A DNA stretch of 32,000 nt from contig CAUJDS010000062.1 of assembly GCA_963169695.1 (NCBI GenBank), positions 10,792 to 42,791 of the forward strand. Reading direction: 5' to 3'. The translations under genes and the position numbers were made by a program. Numbering within the stretch: position 1 is the first letter of the stretch; each line of letters opens with the position of its first letter. Origin of the DNA: Bdellovibrionota bacterium (GTDB lineage: Bacteria > Bdellovibrionota > UBA1018 > CAUJDS01). Below the pieces are notes generated by a model, which did no database searches, had not been told where the DNA came from, and saw nothing but the letters and a program-made list of their open reading frames with translations. Below, piece by piece: positions 1 through 8,832 of the stretch.

Positions 1-453
1 ATTCTTTCATCCACGCTGTATGGAAGGTATACGGTTCAATTCTCAGACGATGTCGATAGAAGAATCCCCACTTCACCAGGCAGTCTTCTCAGTCCCGATA
101 AAGAGCGCGTGAGCCGTGATCTCGGTGACCAAGTGGCCATGGGATTCGCACTCACTGTTCAGCCGCTTAAAGGATTTTCGATTGGGGCCGGTTATGATTT
201 TCAACACATGAATGCAACGTCCTATTCGGGCGCTCGATTTGCTCCCGAGCGCTATACCTATCTATCTGACCTCTATCCTGCGCAATCCTTGCACACTTTA
301 GTGGTGTCAGCTGGCTATTCGACAGCATCGCTCTATCGCGACGGACTCTTTGCGGTCCCCCTTGAGATTAACTTCAATTACAGCCAAACACTTACCGGAA
401 AAAACATCTATGCCGGCAACGTATTTTCTGGAGAGCTTGCAGTATTCTTCTAA
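1..453 (+). CDS. 3' end of a probable outer-membrane beta-barrel / porin-like protein (truncated by window start)
   Basis: Frame 1 is open from base 1 to the TAA ending at 453. Alternating aromatic/glycine strands (FSIGAGYDFQHMNA, HTLVVSAGYSTASLYR) and a terminal aromatic (ELAVFF*) are typical of outer-membrane barrels. Confidence 0.65.
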   Translation: MLSSTLYGRYTVQFSDDVDRRIPTSPGSLLSPDKERVSRDLGDQVAMGFALTVQPLKGFSIGAGYDFQHMNATSYSGARFAPERYTYLSDLYPAQSLHTLVVSAGYSTASLYRDGLFAVPLEINFNYSQTLTGKNIYAGNVFSGELAVFF

Positions 454-531
454 TATTCTGACAAGGGCCCTAGTTTTTATTGGAATCGAATAGCATACAC
501 AATTGACATCAAGCTTTTACCAAAGCCGGAT

Positions 532-1953
532 TTATTTTATTCGGTAGACCAAAGAGTGATCAGCAAGAATTTTGAACGGTTTTCCAACAAAACTCTCTAG
601 ATCTTCTCTCATGCTCATTCTTCCGATGGGAAGGTACACAAACTTATAATCTCTCCACACGGATCGAACCTCGTCCATTCGGTCTGTAAGGTACCCTCGG
701 CGACCTATCAAGTTCATAGGTGGAAAATAGCCCCATCCATCCACCACTAGAAAAAGATCCCTTCGACTAGAAAATTCGTCCACTTCTTTGGCAACTTGTC
801 GGACTTCTTCCCATTTCAAAAAACCATTGAGATGGTTGTTTTCCCAAAACCAAGACACCGCTATCAACTGCACTACCAGACAAACCCTAGCTACCTGCAT
901 GGGTAATTCTCTGATAAAAAGCGCACCAAAAATAGTAAGCGGCAAAGCAACAGGCGCGGCATAGTAGGTTTGGTCTTTTTGAACCAGTCCAGCCGCCAAT
1001 AGAAAAACAAAGTTGAGTCCGACCCAGGCCAGTAATGCCAACTTTTCGGGAGTTAACCACCACTTCTTGCGTGACATGGCCTTTTGCTTAAACCATCCAT
1101 ACAAAAGCGCCATTCCACCAGCCAAACCCAACCCATGCAAGACGGTCTTCTTCAACGCATGATAGGAATGTTCTAAGGTTAGCTCGCTCCAGATCATTGC
1201 GAAGTCTCGATGGTAATGATGGGTAACAGGCACTCCGCCATAAATATTTCCGGCGAATTGAATCGTCCAATGCTTCCAAATCCCAACCGCAATCAGTGGC
1301 AGCCCAAATGCAACTACGCAAACACTTACTGCAGCCTTCCAACCATGTTTCTGTATTCCCTTTGTCAGCCAAAGCATCGATACAAATCCCGCGGCACAGG
1401 CTCCCGGTGGCTTTACAAGCGCAGCCAAGGTTAGGACCAGTAGGCATGGAAAAATCCAACGCCAATCTTTCCTAACTGACCAATAACCCCATAGGCAAGA
1501 AAGAGCCAATAAGCCATTCAAGGTAGCTTCCGGCATAATCGCTGTCGCTTGCGTAATCAAAACCGTGTTTACCAGCGCCATCAACCAAAAGTAGCGGTAC
1601 GACTTTGAATCATTGGTCATATCCGATAGCAGACGTCCACCCGCCCAAACCATCAATCCGAAAAAAGCAAAGCTTGTCAGCCGCGCCCAGAACCAGTCTA
1701 TTCCGATAAATTTCATAACAAATGCCGAAGCGGCATTGTAAAACGGAAATTCACTGGGCAGGATCCCGCTGCCAAGGCCACGAAGATCGCAAGCGGGTCG
1801 TAGTATATCAATGCCCTCTTCTACATAATTTCTAATAACGCCGAAAGTGTGTCCATCTCTCCAAATATTCACACCTGCCATAGGTCGCCAGAGGCTCACG
1901 ACCGGCAAAATCATTCCAACAAAAGAAAACAATCCAACAAATAATCGAGTCAT
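532..1953 (-). CDS. Polytopic membrane glycosyltransferase, ArnT/PMT (GT39/GT83)-like
   Basis: 473-aa ORF with about 10 hydrophobic segments; N-terminal loop with RPMAGVNIWRDGHTFGVIRNY and later YYAAPVALPLTIFGALFIRELP, resembling dolichyl-phosphate-mannose-type transferases. Confidence 0.7.
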   Translation of the reverse strand: MTRLFVGLFSFVGMILPVVSLWRPMAGVNIWRDGHTFGVIRNYVEEGIDILRPACDLRGLGSGILPSEFPFYNAASAFVMKFIGIDWFWARLTSFAFFGLMVWAGGRLLSDMTNDSKSYRYFWLMALVNTVLITQATAIMPEATLNGLLALSCLWGYWSVRKDWRWIFPCLLVLTLAALVKPPGACAAGFVSMLWLTKGIQKHGWKAAVSVCVVAFGLPLIAVGIWKHWTIQFAGNIYGGVPVTHHYHRDFAMIWSELTLEHSYHALKKTVLHGLGLAGGMALLYGWFKQKAMSRKKWWLTPEKLALLAWVGLNFVFLLAAGLVQKDQTYYAAPVALPLTIFGALFIRELPMQVARVCLVVQLIAVSWFWENNHLNGFLKWEEVRQVAKEVDEFSSRRDLFLVVDGWGYFPPMNLIGRRGYLTDRMDEVRSVWRDYKFVYLPIGRMSMREDLESFVGKPFKILADHSLVYRIK

Positions 1954-2116
1954 AACGCCTCAACCTACCATGAGGGTCGCAATAACCTGAAGTCATCCAA
2001 GAGAAGGGGCCTCTTCTAAGCTAATAACCATTTGCGTTAATTTTCTATGAAGTCCCCAAAGAGTGATCAAGACCCCCTTTGATTTTGATGCCAGGGACTG
2101 CTAACAACAAGAAGAA

Positions 2117-2539
2117 ATGCAACGAGTTAAGCCACAAGCCGATTTCATCAAACAAGGAATCCGATTTGAATGTCAAGGCACTGGGAAGTGTTGCATTTCT
2201 CGCGGATCCTATGGCTTCGTCTATATGACCCTTGAGGACCGACGACGAATGGCGAAACACCTTGGGATGCGGACTTCAGCATTTACTCGAAAGCATTGCA
2301 CTCAAACAGACGGTCATTTCCACTTGAAAGAAGTGGGCCCCGAATGCCAGTTCCTAGAAGGAACCCAATGCGGCATCTATGAAGGACGACCTATCCAATG
2401 CCGAACTTGGCCATTTTGGCCTGAAAACATGAATGCTCGTACGTGGAAGAACAGCATTGCTAAATTCTGTGCCGGTGTTGGCAAGGGCCGGATCCACACT
2501 CGAGAAGAGATTTTAAAAAAATTGAAATTGATGTCGTAG
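2117..2539 (+). CDS. YkgJ-family cysteine cluster protein (putative Fe-S/zinc cluster)
   Basis: 140 aa with FECQGTGKCCISRGSYGFVYMTLEDRRRMAKHLGM ... CQFLEGTQCGIYEGRPIQCRTWPFWP, the family's characteristic cysteine pattern. Confidence 0.85.
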   Translation: MQRVKPQADFIKQGIRFECQGTGKCCISRGSYGFVYMTLEDRRRMAKHLGMRTSAFTRKHCTQTDGHFHLKEVGPECQFLEGTQCGIYEGRPIQCRTWPFWPENMNARTWKNSIAKFCAGVGKGRIHTREEILKKLKLMS

Positions 2540-2664
2540 TTTATTTCAAAAATATTGCGCGTATTGGAATTCACCTGAGCGATGAAAATGCGCAAAAAGG
2601 TGGTCTCAAAGACAAGAGATGCGTCATGGAGGCGCGACAGCAAGGTCCTCTTTCCGTATTCTCA

Positions 2665-3192
2665 TTAAATCACGTGATTCGGTGGCTCGAGTAAATCTTC
2701 GAGAAAAAAAGCAGAAAGCTCCGTGCGGCCAGATAGGCCCGACTTTTGATAGACTGCGTAGGCCTGCTGACGAGCACTCCCTTCAGAAGTACTCCGGACT
2801 GATGCGATTTCTTTATGGGACAGTCCTTTGAGGAGAAGAAGCGCGACTTCTTTTTCAGCTGGCGAAAGGGACCAGCGATCGAGTTGAGTATCGATCATTC
2901 GAGATAGGCCCTCGACGAGTCTGGCAGAATCCGTTTTCCAAATCAGTGCGTCTTTTGAAACCCGCTCGACTTCACTCTTGAGCGAGCGGACTTCGCTTTT
3001 AGCGCGCCTGAATCCGAGACTGAGAGCAATGGCTCCCAAAAAGGATCCGGATGCGAGCACCCCCTCCAACATGAGGTGAGCCATTGACGTATTCGTGCGG
3101 GAGTCGCTCCAAATATCGCCAGCGGCCGCGAGTCCTACAAAAAATAGAATCAAACTAGAAATCACCCGTTCAGTGGGTCGCAAACGCTGCAA
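2665..3192 (-). CDS. Membrane-anchored LuxR-type helix-turn-helix regulator
   Basis: Two N-terminal transmembrane segments, a coiled-coil (RRAKSEVRSLKSEVERV), then a LuxR-type HTH (LSPAEKEVALLLLKGLSHKEIASVRSTSEGSARQQAYAVYQKSGLSGRTELSAFFL). Confidence 0.75.
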   Translation of the reverse strand: MQRLRPTERVISSLILFFVGLAAAGDIWSDSRTNTSMAHLMLEGVLASGSFLGAIALSLGFRRAKSEVRSLKSEVERVSKDALIWKTDSARLVEGLSRMIDTQLDRWSLSPAEKEVALLLLKGLSHKEIASVRSTSEGSARQQAYAVYQKSGLSGRTELSAFFLEDLLEPPNHVI

Positions 3193-3240
3193 TACGTCTT
3201 AATCTACTACGCGACTGGGGTAATGCGCAAAAGCGATGAA

Positions 3241-3666
3241 ATGAAGCGATTTGCCTATTTCTTCACGGTCGCCATAGCGCTACTCGCCATACCGACTTTC
3301 CTTACTGGAGAGCCGGCTGAAAAACTTGTCGAACACCTTCCAGGCGTCGCTGAATCCCTCATCGAAAACCACGAGGAGGCCGCCCAGATTTCTCTCGTTT
3401 TAGTCCTACTCGCAGGAGCATTAGGAGGAATTAAGCTGCTGGTTCGTTGGGAAGGAATCAACCGTGTGACCTCGATAGGATTCGGGATCGCACTCGTCGT
3501 CTCCGCCATCTCGCTCGGGTACACCGCAAACCTCGGCGGCGAAATTCGGCATACCGAGATTCGGGCTAACGCGAACGGAGCCCAAAGCTTGAACGCCGAA
3601 TCAAAGGATAATAACGAATCGAACGAAGTGGGGAAAGAAGGCACGAAAGAAGATAGCGATGATTGA
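3241..3666 (+). CDS. Small membrane protein of unknown function (start set at internal ATG 3241; track ORF begins 3223)
   Basis: ORF 3223-3666; MKRFAYFFTVAIALLAIPTFLTGEPAEKLVEHLPGVAESLIENHEEAA and three hydrophobic segments; acidic Asn/Glu-rich tail. Confidence 0.6.
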   Translation: MKRFAYFFTVAIALLAIPTFLTGEPAEKLVEHLPGVAESLIENHEEAAQISLVLVLLAGALGGIKLLVRWEGINRVTSIGFGIALVVSAISLGYTANLGGEIRHTEIRANANGAQSLNAESKDNNESNEVGKEGTKEDSDD

Positions 3667-3704
3667 CGTTGATTTAAACGAGTACTTTGGACACTCAGGC
3701 TAAC

Positions 3705-3736
3705 CGCAGCGGACGCTGCGTTCGAGATTTTTTCCA
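3705..3736 (+). terminator. Possible weak rho-independent terminator after the 3241-3666 CDS
   Basis: CGCAGC-GGAC-GCTGCG hairpin (3705-3710/3715-3720) followed by TTCGAGATTTTTTCC. Confidence 0.35.
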
Positions 3737-3747
3737 TCAGGCAAAAA

Positions 3748-3769
3748 TTGGCGTCCCCACGGGGATTCG
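3748..3769 (-). repeat. Duplicated 3' end of tRNA-Glu (22-bp direct repeat; att-like)
   Basis: TTGGCGTCCCCACGGGGATTCG at 3748-3769 is identical to 3940-3961, which is the 3' end (CCA, acceptor strand and part of the T arm) of the intact tRNA-Glu. Confidence 0.85.
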
Positions 3770-3900
3770 CAATCTGACTCCTTCGCGCTCACACTCAGTC
3801 CTCAAATTGCCGCTTCGGATTGCTTTCGCTCGCCTCACGCTCGCTCTGCGTGCACTGCACGCCGCAATCTTCAGTGGTTCGAATCCAGTGACACCCCAAA

Positions 3901-3940
3901 AAATAAAAAAGCCCAACCTTTCAGTTGGGCTTTTTTATTT
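3901..3940 (-). terminator. Rho-independent terminator immediately downstream of tRNA-Glu (symmetrical, could work in both directions)
   Basis: Perfect 17-bp inverted repeat AAATAAAAAAGCCCAAC (3901-3917) / GTTGGGCTTTTTTATTT (3924-3940) with loop CTTTCA. Confidence 0.9.
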
Positions 3941-4016
3941 TGGCGTCCCCACGGGGATTCGAACCCCGGTTACTGCCGTGAAAAGGCGGTGTCCTAGGCC
4001 TCTAGACGATGGGGAC
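3941..4016 (-). tRNA. tRNA-Glu (anticodon TTC)
   Basis: Minus strand reads GTCCCCATCGTCTAGAGGCCTAGGACACCGCCTTTTCACGGCGGTAACCGGGGTTCGAATCCCCGTGGGGACGCCA: 7-bp acceptor GTCCCCA/TGGGGAC, anticodon loop TTTTCAC, T loop TTCGAAT, encoded CCA, 76 nt. Confidence 0.97.
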
Positions 4017-4275
4017 GCATATTGTAAAAGTAGAAGCGGACTTCACGATTAGCGTTTCATCGCCACCTTTTCAACTCAAAAACACCCAACATCCACGAAG
4101 GTTTGCGAATGACTATGCGAGTCATGCACGGAACCTTGCTGAGCGGGAGAATTGATAGCACTATCCCCTTATGTCATCATCCATATTGAGCGAAAAAGGT
4201 TAGTCCAAGGAAGAAATTGAAGCCCTCGAGATTGCAGAGGACGCCCGAGAAGTAGATTGGAACGAACCCAGCCTG

Positions 4276-6033
4276 GTGGCTGACCTCTTTATGGGGAAGG
4301 TCCAAAGCCATGCGCTGCTGAACTTCCCGGTTCAAGATCCTACCGATAAGAAGGAAGGCGAGGCGTTCCTAGTCAAACTACAGAAGGTATTGGATCAACA
4401 CATCGATGCAGAAGCCATCGACCTGACGGGAGAAATCCCTGCTGCTGGCATTGAAGCATTGAAGAAACTGGGCGCATTTGGAATCAAGATCCCCAAGGAG
4501 TACGGCGGCCTCGGGATGTCGCAGGTCAACTACTGCCGCGCCCTCGAAGTCACCGCTGCACATTGCGTTTCAACCGCGGTTCTCTTATCTGCTCACCAAA
4601 GCATTGGTGTACCGGTACCGCTGAAGATGTTTGGTACCCCGGAGCAAAAGAAGAAATACCTTCCGCGCCTAGCCGCCGGTGAGATTTCAGCCTTTGCGTT
4701 GACGGAGCCCGACGTCGGATCCGATCCGGCCAAAATGACAACGACTGCGACACTAACTCCCGACGGAAAGCACTATATTCTCAACGGCAAAAAGCTTTGG
4801 TGCACTAACGGTGTTATTGCGGATATTTTGGTTGTGATGGCCCAGACCGCAGCCAAAGTTGAAAAAGGCCGCGAGAAGAAACAAATTTCTGCCTTCATAT
4901 TAGAAACCAAAGGCGCCGAGGGATTCAAGGTCCTCCACCGTTGCAAGTTCATGGGCTTGAACGGAATCCAAAACGGTCTCTTAGAGTTTAAGAACGTCAA
5001 AATCCCTCGCGAGAACCTACTAGGCCAGGAAGGGAAAGGACTTAAGCTTGCTTTGTCGACACTCAACCAAGGCAGACTCAGTTTGCCCGCAAGCGCGGTG
5101 GGCTGGGTTCGTAAGTGCCTGACTTGGAGCCGCGAATGGGGCAACGAACGCGTGCAATGGGGAGCACCCATTGGACAACATGAGGCGGGCTCCTCCAAAT
5201 TGGCTTCCATTGCTGCTGACCTCTATGCAGTAGATGCTATGACAACACTAGCCTCCCTTTGGGTAGATCACAAAAAGCGCGACATTCGACTCGAAGCCGC
5301 GATGTGCAAACTCTTTGGTAGCGTAAAGTCCCACGAAGCAGCAGAGCTTGCGCTCCAGCTACGTGGCGGACGAGGTTATGAAACCAGTGCCTCCCTTAAG
5401 GCGAGGGGCGAAAAAGGCATTCCTGTAGAGCGAGTCGTACGCGACTCCCGCATTAATCAAATCATCGAAGGTACGACCGAAGTGATGGGGTTGTTTATTT
5501 CCCGCGAAGCATTGGATCGCCATCTGCAAATTGCTGGCGATGTTATCAACCCTAAGGCTCCTATCGGAAAGAAACTCTCTGGTCTCGTGCGTTCCATCGG
5601 ATTCTATTCACTCTGGTATCCAAGGCAATGGATTAGTTTTCCGGTATGGTTTCGATTTTGGGGAATGGGAAAGTTGGGTTGCCACTTTCGCTATTTGCAT
5701 TGCACTTCTAAACGCCTCGCAAGAACCACGTTTCATTTGATGGCATTGAATGGTCCAGGACTTGAGCGCAAACAAATTCAGCTAATGCGCCTTGTCTGGA
5801 TCGCGACCGAACTCTTTGCAATGGGTGCTGCGATTGGACGTGCAACAGCAGGCAAGAAGTTCGGTGAAAATGGTAGTGAAGCAGTAATGCTGGCAGATTC
5901 TTTTTGCCAGGAAGCTCGAATTCGAATTCGACAACATTTTCAGGGAATCTATTGCAATAGCGACAGCGTGAAGCGTAAGTTGGGTCTGCAAGTGCTTAAG
6001 GGCCAACAAAAGTGGCTTGAGTCGAGCTTCTAA
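4276..6033 (+). CDS. Acyl-CoA dehydrogenase family protein (true N-terminus may lie upstream, see findings)
   Basis: 585 aa with ISAFALTEPDVGSDPAKMTTTA, LNGKKLWCTNGVIADI, QLRGGRGYETSASLKARGEKGIPVERVVRDSRINQIIEGTTEVMGLFISREAL, matching acyl-CoA dehydrogenase FAD/substrate motifs. Confidence 0.93.
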   Translation: MADLFMGKVQSHALLNFPVQDPTDKKEGEAFLVKLQKVLDQHIDAEAIDLTGEIPAAGIEALKKLGAFGIKIPKEYGGLGMSQVNYCRALEVTAAHCVSTAVLLSAHQSIGVPVPLKMFGTPEQKKKYLPRLAAGEISAFALTEPDVGSDPAKMTTTATLTPDGKHYILNGKKLWCTNGVIADILVVMAQTAAKVEKGREKKQISAFILETKGAEGFKVLHRCKFMGLNGIQNGLLEFKNVKIPRENLLGQEGKGLKLALSTLNQGRLSLPASAVGWVRKCLTWSREWGNERVQWGAPIGQHEAGSSKLASIAADLYAVDAMTTLASLWVDHKKRDIRLEAAMCKLFGSVKSHEAAELALQLRGGRGYETSASLKARGEKGIPVERVVRDSRINQIIEGTTEVMGLFISREALDRHLQIAGDVINPKAPIGKKLSGLVRSIGFYSLWYPRQWISFPVWFRFWGMGKLGCHFRYLHCTSKRLARTTFHLMALNGPGLERKQIQLMRLVWIATELFAMGAAIGRATAGKKFGENGSEAVMLADSFCQEARIRIRQHFQGIYCNSDSVKRKLGLQVLKGQQKWLESSF

Positions 6034-6051
6034 AAAACCTAAAGGTCGCAA

Positions 6052-6801
6052 ATGCTCTGGTTATTCATTGGACTGACATCAGGACTCGTACTGGGTCTTA
6101 CTGGAGCCGGCGGCGCGATTGTTTCGGTTCCGCTCTTTATGCATGTCCTTGGCAAGACTTTTCGTGAAAGCACGATCCTTGGACTTTTTGCCACGCTTTT
6201 TGGAGCAGTCTTTAGCTGGGCCATACAGCGCAAAGAAACTGACGTACGAAAGTCTCTGACCTTTGCCGCTTTTGCGTTGGTAGGTTCGAAGGCTTTTTCG
6301 TTGATCAAACCGCACCTTCCAGAAGGTTGGATTCGTGGACTCTTTGCCTACCTCTGCATCCACGCACTATGGGAGCTTTGGAGAAAGAAGCGTCGTAAAG
6401 CGAAAGCAACCGTCACGGATGCTTCAGCATCCAAAATGTTGGTGATCTACGGCCTTACGGGATTTGGGCTTGGAGGACTAACGGTACTTACCGGACTTGG
6501 AGGAGGCGTGATCCTCATCCCGGCTCTGACCAACTACTTTGGAATGGCCCTAACGCAAGCCGTACCCACAACCCTACTCACCGTTATTCTATCCACAATG
6601 TCTTCCCTGCTTTGGCAAAGAGGACAATGGGTTGGCCAAGTCCATACCAATGAACTCCTTGGCCTTGCCGGTGGATGTATCCTAGCAGCATGGGGAGTTC
6701 GACAAATACTCAAACACGCGCCAGAATCCTTTGCCCAATTGCTACGGCGATGGACACTTTCGCTTTTACTCGTGGGTTGCCTAATCAGTATCTTGAATTG
6801 A
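6052..6801 (+). CDS. TauE/SafE (TSUP) family sulfite/anion exporter-like permease
   Basis: 249 aa, duplicated GLTGAGGAIVSVPLF / GLTVLTGLGGGVILIPAL motifs with multiple TM segments. Confidence 0.9.
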   Translation: MLWLFIGLTSGLVLGLTGAGGAIVSVPLFMHVLGKTFRESTILGLFATLFGAVFSWAIQRKETDVRKSLTFAAFALVGSKAFSLIKPHLPEGWIRGLFAYLCIHALWELWRKKRRKAKATVTDASASKMLVIYGLTGFGLGGLTVLTGLGGGVILIPALTNYFGMALTQAVPTTLLTVILSTMSSLLWQRGQWVGQVHTNELLGLAGGCILAAWGVRQILKHAPESFAQLLRRWTLSLLLVGCLISILN

Positions 6802-6806
6802 GAATC

Positions 6807-7064
6807 CTAGGCCTTGAGGGCATCTAATCCACCCGAAGCCTGATCAAGGTCACTGAGCTGATCATAGCCACCAATCAATTTATCGCCGTGAAATATTTGG
6901 GGGAACGTTTTCATTTTGGACTGCTGATACAGCTTATCTCGCATATCGTCGTCATCACGAGAAACCTCGATCTCTTCAAACGGTACGCCTCTTTGCTTTA
7001 AAAGGGCTTTGGCTCTCAAGCAATAGGGACAAGGATTCAAAGTGTAGACTTGAACTTTTGGCAT
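6807..7064 (-). CDS. grxC: Glutaredoxin 3 (GrxC-like, dithiol CPYC)
   Basis: 85 aa, VQVYTLNPCPYCLRAKALLKQRGVPFEEIEV ... MKTFPQIFHGDKLIGGYDQL. Confidence 0.92.
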   Translation of the reverse strand: MPKVQVYTLNPCPYCLRAKALLKQRGVPFEEIEVSRDDDDMRDKLYQQSKMKTFPQIFHGDKLIGGYDQLSDLDQASGGLDALKA

Positions 7065-7082
7065 AAGCCCTTCCTTTTCAAA

Positions 7083-8300
7083 TTATTTTTGGAGCTGTTG
7101 TATCTTCACAGACTTCTCAGCAATCGAAAGCCCTGTCTTACCAGAGAGAAACTCAAGCAATTGTCGTCCTACCAATTTTGCAGCGGTAGGTGCCAGGTAA
7201 TTTTCACTGATTAAATCTTCCACGGTCCGAATTTCTGATCGCAACAATCGCAGAATCTGGTCGGATTGCATCAGGTGACGAGAGGCCAATTCACTTTGGT
7301 CCGCCAGGATCCCGAGATAACACTTCAACAGATCCATCACCTGAGATTCATTCTTAGAGGGAGGGGGATTGCGATGAAGCTCGGGAGCCTGATCACGCGG
7401 CTCCTTTTGACCCTCAAGGATTGCACGAAAAATGGAAGGACCAGAGTTCTTCATCTCGCCGCGATTGATTCCTCGAAAAGTCTTGAGATGATCATCGGTT
7501 GTCGGTTGGACCCGAGTTAGGTCCAAGAGGATGCTATCAGCGGCAAGCCACTTCCTAGGAATATTCAATTCGCGGACGCGTGTCTCTCGCCACTGAACTA
7601 AGCGATGAAGAATTCCAAAATCCTTGGGATGAACTTTTCCGGACCGATACAAGCGGATCGCAATTTCTTCGGGAGACACTTCGAATTGATTGCCATCTTC
7701 GTATTCACCACATAGCTCCAATGCCCAATCGAGCCTGTCTCGCGTACGAAGTTCGTTCATCAATTTTTCTGCAACGTCCACCAAATAGGCGACATCACCC
7801 AGCGCGTATTCACAGAGGTGATTCGGCAAGGGACGCTGGGCCCAATTGGTTCGAGCATGGCCTTTTTTGATGGTTACACCAATCACGGTTTTGAGGAGAC
7901 TACCCAAGCCAATTCCATCTCCATAGCCGCAAAGCGCAGCACCAACTGCTGTATCAAATGTCCCTTTCGCAGTGGTCCCAAATGCGGTGTAAATGCATTC
8001 CTGATCTCCTTGAGCCGCGTGGAGGATTTTTAAAATAGAGGGGTCTTCAAATAATTCAATGAGTGGTTTTAGCGCGTCAAGAGCAGCGCGGTTCATTTGG
8101 GCGGGGCGAGCATCGACCAGCCAGGATTCTGAGCGGGTAGCAACCTGGATCAGCTCAAGCTGGGGGTAGAACGTCGTCTCGCGAATAAATTCTGTGTCAA
8201 AAGAGATGAGCTTCTCTTGCCTAAGGCGATCCACCAGCTGTTGAATCTCTTCTTGCGTATGGAGCAGCTCGAAATGATAGACTTTCTCTTCCGTGGACAT
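7083..8300 (-). CDS. rnd: Ribonuclease D
   Basis: 405 aa, DEDDy exonuclease motifs (LISFDTEFIRETTFYPQLELIQVA, HAAQGDQECIY, YALGDVAYLVDV) plus HRDC-type C-terminus. Confidence 0.9.
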   Translation of the reverse strand: MSTEEKVYHFELLHTQEEIQQLVDRLRQEKLISFDTEFIRETTFYPQLELIQVATRSESWLVDARPAQMNRAALDALKPLIELFEDPSILKILHAAQGDQECIYTAFGTTAKGTFDTAVGAALCGYGDGIGLGSLLKTVIGVTIKKGHARTNWAQRPLPNHLCEYALGDVAYLVDVAEKLMNELRTRDRLDWALELCGEYEDGNQFEVSPEEIAIRLYRSGKVHPKDFGILHRLVQWRETRVRELNIPRKWLAADSILLDLTRVQPTTDDHLKTFRGINRGEMKNSGPSIFRAILEGQKEPRDQAPELHRNPPPSKNESQVMDLLKCYLGILADQSELASRHLMQSDQILRLLRSEIRTVEDLISENYLAPTAAKLVGRQLLEFLSGKTGLSIAEKSVKIQQLQK

Positions 8301-8334
8301 CCTGCTCCAGTGTTAACAGCGGAGCGGTTGAGAT

Positions 8335-8784
8335 TCAAGCTACAGACTGGGTGAGCTTCTTAGAAACCTGAAAAACCCGTATTTTTACTTGTGAGGTGGG
8401 TCCAGCCAAGACAAAATCTGTTTTTTCACGATCGGCCAAGAATATTTTGAAAGCATAGCCCGCAATAATATTCGTGGCCTCGTCCTCGGAGCTCCGATAC
8501 TGCTCGATTTTGATCTTGGATTTGAGCCAATTCACCGCATGGCCCTGGATCTGAGGGCTCAAGAAGGGATAGGCTAGCAATTCTTCCACATAATTGCCAA
8601 ATTCCTCATCTTCCGTAGTGAGTTGAATTCTCAGCTGATTGACCTTTTCTATAGGGTCACCAGCGCCCGATTCAATGGCTTTTTGCAGTTCTTCGATTTC
8701 GCGTTCATCGGAGAAGGCTCCGCGAAGCAAAGGGGTCGAATCATGGAGGTCAACAACGATGGCAACCGTTCCTATTTTCTTCAA
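8335..8784 (-). CDS. Conserved hypothetical protein, 149 aa
   Basis: Intact ORF in the gap between the divergent prfC start and rnd, co-directional with rnd. Confidence 0.6.
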   Translation of the reverse strand: MKKIGTVAIVVDLHDSTPLLRGAFSDEREIEELQKAIESGAGDPIEKVNQLRIQLTTEDEEFGNYVEELLAYPFLSPQIQGHAVNWLKSKIKIEQYRSSEDEATNIIAGYAFKIFLADREKTDFVLAGPTSQVKIRVFQVSKKLTQSVA

Positions 8785-8832
8785 CGAAGCACCATTCCCT
8801 TTTGCCGAGGGATCTTGTTGCGCAGCTGCCTT

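Noticed and set aside
1088-1465. Antisense ORF inside the glycosyltransferase (likewise 4773-5210, 9786-10166, 10171-10491, 11264-11690, 18656-19322, 27535-27924, 29664-30038, 30948-31319)
   Set aside because: These lie opposite strongly supported coding genes and have compositions typical of shadow frames (Arg/Ser/Pro-rich); no independent start signals or domains.
3687-4052. 121-aa ORF containing GVPTGIRTPVTAVKRRCPRPLDDGDA
   Set aside because: This is the translation of the antisense strand of tRNA-Glu and its duplicated fragment; it is a familiar spurious-ORF pattern and not a protein.
4171-4203. Genome-wide reassignment of TAG or a pyrrolysine-type codon
   Set aside because: Other genes in the window (for example the SLT transglycosylase, stop at 13409-13411) appear to end at TAG, and no PYLIS-like evidence was seen. 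A local mutation, error or alternative start is simpler.
8623-8832. 69-residue N-terminal extension of the prfC ORF
   Set aside because: It overlaps the divergent 149-aa CDS start, and its sequence does not look like RF3; ATG 8833 is preferred.
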